In this document: positions 19,173 to 26,793 of the stretch, one piece after another
How positions within the stretch are numbered: position 1 is the stretch's first letter
How the letters are laid out: each line of letters opens with the position of its first letter
Origin: a virus
DNA length: 64,000 bases
Direction: 5' to 3' (one strand)
Virus record (IMG/VR): IMGVR_UViG_3300028766_000004
Coordinates: 24,969 to 88,968 of that record
Translations under genes and position numbers: made by a program
The notes under the pieces: generated by a model
Told to the model about the DNA's origin: nothing
The model's input: the letters and a program-made list of their open reading frames with translations, nothing else
The model's database searches: none

Positions 19173-20603
19173 TTACGAAATATCGCCAACATTGATGATA
19201 CGAACCCATTTCCGAGGAGCATACATTACCAAAGTTCCATACAGCAATATCATCCAACGAATAGCCGGGCCGATAACAGCGAGGTCCATCTTCATAAGCG
19301 GTGCAAGCTGCTTGAAAGCGAGGACTTCGTTATCCATTTGACCAAGGTAGCAAGTGCTAACCACAGTCATATAGAGGCCTGTATCGGTGTATGTCGTTGT
19401 TGCGGAGGCAGTAACAGAAGCAGCTGCAACCGAGAACAGGTAGTAGAACGAACCTGTAGACGACACATCACAAGCATAAACGTTGAAGTAATCGGGCACC
19501 AAACCGCTCATCGAAGCAGGGTTGGTAATGGTCAACAGTGAAGAGTTTCCAGCGGAAACGTCACCAGATGAAACCACCAAACCAGATGAAGCAGCAGTAG
19601 CTGCAGACTCACCAAAGCGGTTAACAGCGGTCGCCTTGTAGTAACGAGTCCCAGGATTCTTCCATGCGCCAATCTGTGCAGAGTTGTAAGCGGTGGAAGC
19701 AGGAGAGATAGAAGCAGGTGTTTGAGGAGCGTTAGCCGAAGTTGCTGCACTCGGTGCCAAACCAGTAGCCTTACGGTTCTTGGTAAGGAATACATCAGAC
19801 AGAATGTCGATGTTACCGAACTGTGAAGCGAACGTGTTGATCACGCTACCAGCAGCATATCCACCGGACGCTGTTGGGAGCAATGCACGCTCTTTCGGGA
19901 AGAAGGTCTTGGAGAAGTCGCTAGCCACCTTGTAGGGGGTGTAGAGACATGATGCACGACCAAACTGCTCGGCAATCAGCTCGCAAGCGTCTTCCAGAAT
20001 ACCTTCAGTTAACGACCCACCCTTGGCGTCGATAATCATCGTAGGATCGATCTGTGCTTCCAGACCAGCCCACTCGATGCCTTCCTTTCCGCCCGACACA
20101 TTGCTGTATCCAGCAGTCAGAGTGTTGTTGCCCCAGAACAGCGAACGCTCAATTTGCTGTAGAAGCCAAAGAATGCCGTTCTTGTTCTCCAGTGCAACCA
20201 CATCACCGTGAGCGCTGCGAACCATCGTCATAACATGGGAAACCACACGTGTGGTGCCCAAGAACTTGACAAGTGCAACCTTACGGCTGTAGTTGCTATC
20301 CTGTGTTTCAGGCATCACTGCCTCAGGAATGAAGGCGTTGCTGTTATCGCCATAGGCGGTAAGCTGGTTATATTCCTCAACGGTGTTGAATGCTGGCATC
20401 TTGGGGAGATTCTTCCACAGACGAATATTCTGTTCTGTGAACGATAGAACCTTTAATGAGCTTTCGAGCGATTCCACACGGAACGCTCCACCGCCTGCTT
20501 GGTCGGTAACCCCGTAGTTGTACCCAGCTGACAAAGCCTTCTGCAAGTCGGGAACATCTCTTGATTCACCGTAACCGTTAATACCACGAAAGTCTAAAGC
20601 CAT
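19173..20603 (-). CDS. Major capsid protein (SPO1/Twort-like)
   Basis: KAL.AGY...GGGAFRVESLE, TVEEYNQ, QLAPLMKMDLA, LYGTLVMYAP.KW; SD GGAGG before MALDF. Confidence 0.93.
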   Translation of the reverse strand: MALDFRGINGYGESRDVPDLQKALSAGYNYGVTDQAGGGAFRVESLESSLKVLSFTEQNIRLWKNLPKMPAFNTVEEYNQLTAYGDNSNAFIPEAVMPETQDSNYSRKVALVKFLGTTRVVSHVMTMVRSAHGDVVALENKNGILWLLQQIERSLFWGNNTLTAGYSNVSGGKEGIEWAGLEAQIDPTMIIDAKGGSLTEGILEDACELIAEQFGRASCLYTPYKVASDFSKTFFPKERALLPTASGGYAAGSVINTFASQFGNIDILSDVFLTKNRKATGLAPSAATSANAPQTPASISPASTAYNSAQIGAWKNPGTRYYKATAVNRFGESAATAASSGLVVSSGDVSAGNSSLLTITNPASMSGLVPDYFNVYACDVSSTGSFYYLFSVAAASVTASATTTYTDTGLYMTVVSTCYLGQMDNEVLAFKQLAPLMKMDLAVIGPAIRWMILLYGTLVMYAPRKWVRIINVGDIS

Positions 20604-20629
20604 GTTATCCTCCAAAAAATCAGCAGTGA

Positions 20630-21532
20630 TTAAGCTACTGGCAATCCAACCAACTCACGAAGCTCGGGGCGAACAAAACCGGAAGCATCAGCTGAAAGTA
20701 CATCAGCCACTGTTACGCTCTTGTTACCACTTTCCATGAGAGTTGTAAGCTTTGCAGCAATATCGCTCTTCTTAAGTTCTGTTCCCTCTTTACCACCGAA
20801 GCTCTTCTCAACAACGCTGACATCGGATTTACGCTGCCCAGCAGGTGTCGTACCGAAAGATTCAACCTTTTCAGTCAAGCCCTTTAGCAAAATACCAACT
20901 TGCTGCATAGCCTTTGCAAGCGCCACATTGAATTCGCCTTGACCAGCCTGACGTGCCAACGACTTCTCAACACGAGCTGACAAACCATCTGTTGATTCCG
21001 AAACTGCATACACAAAATCACGAAGATAGTCGGAAATGTCGATGGCCTTCGAAACAGCTTCTGAATTCTCGGCTAGCGTATCGGCAAATGATTTCTTTGT
21101 CTTCTTTTTCTTGCTAGCTGATTTGAACTCAGGCTCTCGGGCCTCTTCCTCTTCCTCTTCCTCTTCTGGACGTGACCTCCGACGAGGAGCAAACTCCTGC
21201 TCTTCCTCTTCTTCCTGTTCTGGAAGGGGGAATCCCTTCTTGGCAACTTCCTCAACGCCCTTCTTGGTCTTGGGCTGCTCTTCTGTTTCGCCCTCGCCAT
21301 GTTGGCCGTATTTCTTCTGCAGTTCCTTGGCGTCTTCAGCAACTTCTTTAGCCGTACGCTTGTCGGTATCGTTTTCCTTTGCAGGAGCTGGACGAACACC
21401 CTTAGAAACATTCTCGAGAACAGCTAAGCTCTTATCGAGACTCTCGAAGCTAAGACCAGCAGCCGACTTTGATGTGCAAGCTGAGCAAGCAGCGCCATTT
21501 GTTTGAGTACCGCATTCGCCACAAAATTTCAT
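20630..21532 (-). CDS. Putative scaffolding protein
   Basis: Between protease and MCP; Glu-rich; many K-S/A/G sites; N-terminal CxxC..CxxC. Confidence 0.7.
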   Translation of the reverse strand: MKFCGECGTQTNGAACSACTSKSAAGLSFESLDKSLAVLENVSKGVRPAPAKENDTDKRTAKEVAEDAKELQKKYGQHGEGETEEQPKTKKGVEEVAKKGFPLPEQEEEEEQEFAPRRRSRPEEEEEEEEAREPEFKSASKKKKTKKSFADTLAENSEAVSKAIDISDYLRDFVYAVSESTDGLSARVEKSLARQAGQGEFNVALAKAMQQVGILLKGLTEKVESFGTTPAGQRKSDVSVVEKSFGGKEGTELKKSDIAAKLTTLMESGNKSVTVADVLSADASGFVRPELRELVGLPVA

Positions 21533-21580
21533 ATTAGTTCTCCCACAGCTAAGGCTGTATTAGATTTTTTTTACTACGCT

Positions 21581-23794
21581 TTACTTCTTAACCTTTTGAG
21601 CTAAACCTGATATATCTCCGTCATTCTTCACCATCAATAAGAGTATCCGGTCGGCTTGAGCCTCAGGGATACCACGATTAACGAGAAAGTCTAGTGCATC
21701 ACGAAGCGTAACGTATGTTTGACCACCGTTAGCACGTGCTGTATCAAACTCAACCTTAGTAGTCTTCAGGTCGGGAGCAATCACCTTCCCATAAGACAAA
21801 TCTTTTTGCTGACCTTCTAATGATTCCACCCTTAATGCTGAACCACCTGTTTGGTCAGTTACACCGAAAGCATATCCAGTAACCAAAGCCTTTTCGATAC
21901 AGCTATCATCACAATATGAATGGCCGTCTTCTACCATATACATATTTCCTTTGATGATGATTTCCTTACACACATCACAAGCTTCAGTACTATCAGCAGC
22001 ACATATGAGCGCTTTCTTAATCAGCTTGTTTTTATCCAAAAACTTGTGATTGATACCGAATCCATCAAGATACTTCTTACATTTGTCTTTACCCTTTGCA
22101 CCAGTCTTTGGATCATCAGCAAATATTCTTGAACCAATCGTTTCCAACGTCCCCTTAGCATTAGGAAGTGCATGAAGAACAGCAAATGCGCCTGTGTCTC
22201 CATCGCCAGAAACAGATACTTGATGCTTCTTATCCTTGTCTTCGTAGGTAACACTATGAAGTGGCATCTTCTTATCCCCAAGCTTTATTTCTCCACCGTG
22301 AGAATGAATTGTTGTCCACTTCGTACTTTTTTCAAACCATCCATTATCAATCGATGAAATAGACTTTGTTATGGGAGAAATTGGCATTTTTGGAGCTTTC
22401 AAAGAACTGTCTAGTGCTCCGACATGTGTTCCAGTCGTAACATCACCACTAGGATGAATATGAGTAAATCCAGTATGTGATATGTGTAACATGCCTTTCT
22501 CTGGAGATGCAAAACTGGTCACAGTTTTGTGAGTATTCATCCCTAAAGGTTTCATTCCATGTCCGTTCTTTATACCATTATGGATACCAGAATCTATTCC
22601 TTGGTTTACATGGCTGTAATTTTGTTTATTTTCACCATAATGACCAATCTTGAAATCGTTGACTCTGGGATCGTATGAAGATATCTTCGGTTCAATCTCA
22701 ATACCCTTTTCTAAATCCGTATCAATCGATTTCTTAGCAGTAGTTGGTCTATGTACACCATTCACTATTGGTCCAATTTCTTTGTGGTTCTTGTCGGAGT
22801 CTGCCTCGGCGTGTGAGTGCATTGTCTTATTCTCTTCATGCCCTTGCTCATCGCCTTTCAGCGCTTTACCTTCTTCTATATCCGGAACGATTGCTTGGTC
22901 TTCTTTAGGAAGTTTGAATGTGCTTTTTTTACCTTTAATCACAACATCGCCGTTTTGATTAACTTCGATTGTGAATAGTGGTTCTGATTCGACGCCTTTC
23001 TTAGCCAGCGGAACATCATCTAATTGCTTTTCCATATCCTGCTTCGGCTTCTTATCACTCAACGCTCTCTTGGTTTCGTCTAATGCATCCTTCTCTTCCA
23101 CATCGATTTGATTAACCACAGGAGACTTTGTCGCCTCTTCTGTTCTTTCTAAAACATTGTCGGCTTTCTTCTCTTCACCTTCCGGCTTAGTATCTGTATC
23201 TGGTTTCTGCGTAGTCTTGGTTTGAGTTACGTCAGCAGCAACTCCTTTGTTAATAGCTTCTTCGTTTTCGCCAAACACAAGAACCTCATCATACTTCTGT
23301 GAAGCAAACGATTTTGCAATATCCAAGAACGTGTTCGGATTGATGGGTGATGCTGTGATGGCGATATCTTTAATCCAAGCCTTGGTGATGATTGTGTGGT
23401 CGCTGGCATCACGAGATAACACCTTACCCTCTACAGAGAATCCCAATTTACGGGCATCTCCAGCTTTCTTTAATCCCTCAGCCAAATCCCAAATTCCATT
23501 CGCTCTCGGTGTATCAAGCAGGAATCCCTTCGTCCACAACCCTTTAGATGTGATACGTGCTTCTGTTGGGATACCGACTTTACCTGACGTTTCTTTTGCA
23601 TGATCATCATTGAAGTATCCGCGCTTCAAGAAATAGCTTAATTCCAAACCATCCTGTTTAATCTTCTCGCCTTGTAAGTCTTTGTGGTCTGTACTAGCAA
23701 TACCTTCGATCCAGCGCTTGCCATCTTCGCCTTTAGCTAGATTAGCTTCGTACCAGAATTCGAATGTACCGTCTTGTTTGATCGCGTTCGCCAT
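21581..23794 (-). CDS. Prohead protease with long C-terminal extension
   Basis: IEGIAST...DLQGE, NDDH, LGFSVEG, IAIT..P.N; start probably MANAIK. Confidence 0.88.
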   Translation of the reverse strand: MANAIKQDGTFEFWYEANLAKGEDGKRWIEGIASTDHKDLQGEKIKQDGLELSYFLKRGYFNDDHAKETSGKVGIPTEARITSKGLWTKGFLLDTPRANGIWDLAEGLKKAGDARKLGFSVEGKVLSRDASDHTIITKAWIKDIAITASPINPNTFLDIAKSFASQKYDEVLVFGENEEAINKGVAADVTQTKTTQKPDTDTKPEGEEKKADNVLERTEEATKSPVVNQIDVEEKDALDETKRALSDKKPKQDMEKQLDDVPLAKKGVESEPLFTIEVNQNGDVVIKGKKSTFKLPKEDQAIVPDIEEGKALKGDEQGHEENKTMHSHAEADSDKNHKEIGPIVNGVHRPTTAKKSIDTDLEKGIEIEPKISSYDPRVNDFKIGHYGENKQNYSHVNQGIDSGIHNGIKNGHGMKPLGMNTHKTVTSFASPEKGMLHISHTGFTHIHPSGDVTTGTHVGALDSSLKAPKMPISPITKSISSIDNGWFEKSTKWTTIHSHGGEIKLGDKKMPLHSVTYEDKDKKHQVSVSGDGDTGAFAVLHALPNAKGTLETIGSRIFADDPKTGAKGKDKCKKYLDGFGINHKFLDKNKLIKKALICAADSTEACDVCKEIIIKGNMYMVEDGHSYCDDSCIEKALVTGYAFGVTDQTGGSALRVESLEGQQKDLSYGKVIAPDLKTTKVEFDTARANGGQTYVTLRDALDFLVNRGIPEAQADRILLLMVKNDGDISGLAQKVKK

Positions 23795-23809
23795 TATATC
23801 CTCACAAAC

Positions 23810-23859
23810 AAAAAAGGGAGAAAACATATACGGGCAGTTGTGCCGTACGTTTTCTCCCT
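23810..23859 (-). terminator. Terminator-like hairpin immediately before protease RBS
   Basis: AGGGAGAAAACGTACGGCA-CAAC-TGCCCGTATATGTTTTCTCCCT plus T-run. Confidence 0.7.
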
Positions 23860-24023
23860 ATAGCCACAAACTTAAGCAGCAGAGTCTCAATTGTCTTGAA
23901 TTAAGAATATCAATCGAATGCGTCTAGCTGCAAGCTGCAAAAAATGATGATTTTGGTATTCTGGCGCTATTTTACGCTACTAAAGTGTATCGTTATTGCT
24001 ATTTATCGCACTGTGTTGCATGT

Positions 24024-24281
24024 TTAATGTTTTTTATTAGACATTTCTACAATGAATCTTGGGCGTTCTGTAGATGATTTACGAACTTCGTTGCCAAGTT
24101 CGATGACAAATCCAGCACCTTTAGCACGAAATTCAAGAGGTAGACTGTTGAATCCTCGACACATATTACACTGAACGATAGCCGTATCACTACCTTCCCA
24201 TCGAATACTCTTACTGCGCAGTTTCACCGTCTGACCATAAGATTTTAATAACGGAGCACCACAAGTACAGTTGATTACCAT
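24024..24281 (-). CDS. Com-like zinc-ribbon protein
   Basis: INCTCGAPLLK...VQCNMCRGFN resembles the Mu Com pattern. Confidence 0.5.
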   Translation of the reverse strand: MVINCTCGAPLLKSYGQTVKLRSKSIRWEGSDTAIVQCNMCRGFNSLPLEFRAKGAGFVIELGNEVRKSSTERPRFIVEMSNKKH

Positions 24282-24287
24282 AATTTC

Positions 24288-24872
24288 CTATAATGCATCC
24301 TCGAAGTGATTAGCTAATCGTTCTAGCTTGTGCTTCAAAGCAGAGCTCAATGGTCTCTTCGAAAGCTCGTCAACTGTCTTAAACATCCCAGACGTCTTTC
24401 GTTCTGCCGTTCCACTCAAACGAGTGGGTTTTACATCCGGCGATGTAAACACTGATTCCAATCCTTCATCCATATAACCAAGTTCTTTGATAATCACCTT
24501 GCATGTGAACAAAACCTGTCTAAGTCTGGCAATCTCACCATCTTCAAAAGAATTAATAGTATCGACTATCTTAATTATCACTGGAAGAATGAAGTTAAAT
24601 GGTTCTTCGTTGGTTCCGTGATTAACGTATAACGGTGTTATTTTTTGTTTCTTCGACGTCTTATATTCCTTCGGTAGTCTACGTCTAGCTGTAGGTGTTT
24701 TAACACGCACATCAGTACTCCTTCCGGGAGAAACACGTTTATGACGCTGTTTTTCATTGGAGTATGGATTAATCCAAACTAGCTTACCACCCCTATGTTC
24801 GAAATATCCCTTCACGTTCCCCTTTTCGAACGTAATGATGGGGATAATGTCTTTATTCTGTTCCATCGACAC
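24288..24872 (-). CDS. Basic hypothetical protein, putative head-internal protein
   Basis: N-terminal KGNVKGYF...GKLVWINPYSN motif shared with 26794-30831. Confidence 0.6.
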   Translation of the reverse strand: MSMEQNKDIIPIITFEKGNVKGYFEHRGGKLVWINPYSNEKQRHKRVSPGRSTDVRVKTPTARRRLPKEYKTSKKQKITPLYVNHGTNEEPFNFILPVIIKIVDTINSFEDGEIARLRQVLFTCKVIIKELGYMDEGLESVFTSPDVKPTRLSGTAERKTSGMFKTVDELSKRPLSSALKHKLERLANHFEDAL

Positions 24873-25161
24873 TGACTCTCAAGCTATCTAAAAAGCTCTT
24901 ATCGTCTGATGTTAGCAGCTCTTTAAACTCTTTCTGTTTTCTCGACGTCTTAATAACGTGAGAAAATTTAGGTCTCTTGTTGGTGTATCGTCTGTTAGAC
25001 GTTGCAACGTTTTCAACTTTCAAATCTTGTGGGTCGAACATCAAATTAAATTCTACGTTGTTGCATGTGATAGCTATGCAATTTGTTTCTTCTGGTAAAC
25101 CATCTGGAAAGACAGCCTTAATGAACGAAGTTACATTCTTTTTATATTGTTGGCTTTCCAT
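24853..25161 (-). CDS. Hypothetical protein
   Basis: 102-aa ORF with SD GGAG. Confidence 0.55.
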   Translation of the reverse strand: MESQQYKKNVTSFIKAVFPDGLPEETNCIAITCNNVEFNLMFDPQDLKVENVATSNRRYTNKRPKFSHVIKTSRKQKEFKELLTSDDKSFLDSLRVSVDGTE

Positions 25162-25180
25162 ATTTTAGCTCCGTAAACAC

Positions 25181-25215
25181 ACTAAAAGCAGCGATGATTA
25201 GTCGCTGCTTTTAGT
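25181..25215. terminator. Terminator after ubiquitin-like gene
   Basis: ACTAAAAGCAGCGA-N7-TCGCTGCTTTTAGT. Confidence 0.8.
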
Positions 25216-25221
25216 TTTGGA

Positions 25222-26226
25222 TTAGTAAATTCCAAGTGGTTGTCCAGTTCCGCCAAGTGGGTTATTCCAGCACTGAATTTCATCTTGGTCGGTGATGCCA
25301 AAATTGCTTAGTGGTGCAGCATAATCGTTTCTTACACCGCCAGTCAGAGTTCCACCAGAAGCTGTTACTGTAACGCCGGTTCCAGTAGCAGTCAATGTCA
25401 GGTTGAATCCACCTGTTGACGTAAGAGTGATTACAGCGGAAGCGGCAACAGCCTTAACACCAACATTGGCAGTATTAATTGCAGCGGCTAACGATGCTGC
25501 AATACCGTTCAAGTTTGTATCACCAGCTTGAGTTGTGTAGCTGACGAGAACTCCGCCGATTGTTGCAGTCAACACGACGCCAGCGGCGAATGTTCCGCCG
25601 ACAGTCAGTGTTCCAGTAGCATTAGTAGCACCAGAGAAAGTTACAATCGAGTTAGTTACAGAAGTGATAAGGAACGTTGCACCTGTTCCGTGTCCACCAG
25701 TTGCAGGTACACCAGTAATACCCGGAAGTTGGGTAACTCCGTTAACGATGGATTGTCCAGTATATCCACCAGCATCAGTCGTCTTGTAGTTTGTACCGTT
25801 AGTGGTCTGTGTGAATGTTGCAATTGTGCCAGCCACACCATTAACAGTGGCGATAGAAGCCACAGTGACGGTTGCATTGTCGGTATTTGTATAGGCTGCA
25901 CCGTCGTAGTTCTTATCAAGTGCCGTTGGAGACTGATTCAGCGTCAGAACATCACCTATCTGATATCCACTTCCAGCGAAACCGAGAGCGACACCACCAG
26001 CAGATATCGGGCCGGTAGGACTGACCACGGTTAGATTGGAAATTGCTGATTCAACTGGAAGAACTGGGTTGGGCTGAGCACCAACTTTATTAGTAAGTCC
26101 AAATCCTTGAAACAGTCTTGCACCAGTCTTGTCAAATGCCTCACGAGCGAAATCCGTAAGCGTAGCGGTATCAGAGATGATAATCGACTGTCTCTTGATA
26201 CCCGGAATTGTTAAATAAAGCTGCAT
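25222..26226 (-). CDS. Split ubiquitin-like (beta-grasp) protein with ~255-aa virion-type beta-rich insert, di-Gly plus 8-aa tail
   Basis: N-terminus MQLYLTIPGIK...T.TD.....FDKTG and C-terminus LSNFGITDQDEIQCWNNPLGG align gaplessly to ubiquitin 1-40 and 56-76; SD GGAGG. Confidence 0.7.
   Translation of the reverse strand: MQLYLTIPGIKRQSIIISDTATLTDFAREAFDKTGARLFQGFGLTNKVGAQPNPVLPVESAISNLTVVSPTGPISAGGVALGFAGSGYQIGDVLTLNQSPTALDKNYDGAAYTNTDNATVTVASIATVNGVAGTIATFTQTTNGTNYKTTDAGGYTGQSIVNGVTQLPGITGVPATGGHGTGATFLITSVTNSIVTFSGATNATGTLTVGGTFAAGVVLTATIGGVLVSYTTQAGDTNLNGIAASLAAAINTANVGVKAVAASAVITLTSTGGFNLTLTATGTGVTVTASGGTLTGGVRNDYAAPLSNFGITDQDEIQCWNNPLGGTGQPLGIY
25513..25620. repeat. 108-bp exact repeat, copy 2
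   Basis: Identical to 13039-13146. Confidence 0.95.
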
Positions 26227-26303
26227 ATTGAAATCCTCCAAATCTTGTGAGGGTGCATCTCAAAGGACGGTCGTGTATTACACGAACAATACCCCTCACT
26301 CGC

Positions 26304-26332
26304 ATTATCACTTGTGATAGGTAGAAAGGCAA
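26304..26332 (-). promoter_or_regulatory. Sigma70-like promoter for ubiquitin-like gene
   Basis: TTGCCT-N17-GATAAT. Confidence 0.55.
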
Positions 26333-26779
26333 CTAAATTGACTCGTCAGATGCTTCTAGAGCCTCTTTACCTGTTTTATGTTCATCATTAACATGTAGTT
26401 CAGCCCATGTTGGTTGTGGTGTCAAACTGTCTTTAATTTCCTTATAAAGTTGCTCATCTAGGCTATGAAAGGTAAACATATTTCTTGCTTCATCAGATTG
26501 AATAGGGCGAACTACATATATTGTTCCAGAATCAGACCGCAAAATTACACGTTTCTTGGCTTTTTCGATCATGAAATCATATAGGGTGAATGATCTGATT
26601 GGCTCATACGGGAGTTCTGAAGACGGCTTTAGAAGAACGTAATGCACATCTGACAGTTCCGGAACAACCACCATTACAGCGATTGCTCCGACTTCTTCTT
26701 GCGCATTGAAGAGTAGCTCAGCGCCAACTTCTGATTCAATCAATTGATCTAATGCTGTCTGCAATTTTTCTAAATTCAT
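26333..26779 (-). CDS. Acidic hypothetical protein downstream of kinase/ART protein
   Basis: 148-aa ORF, 14 nt after upstream stop. Confidence 0.6.
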   Translation of the reverse strand: MNLEKLQTALDQLIESEVGAELLFNAQEEVGAIAVMVVVPELSDVHYVLLKPSSELPYEPIRSFTLYDFMIEKAKKRVILRSDSGTIYVVRPIQSDEARNMFTFHSLDEQLYKEIKDSLTPQPTWAELHVNDEHKTGKEALEASDESI

Positions 26780-26793
26780 CTACATAACCAGCC

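Noticed and set aside
13039-25620. 108-bp repeat as DGR template/variable repeat or invertible segment
   Set aside because: No adenine-specific mismatches, no reverse transcriptase or invertase in the window, and direct orientation
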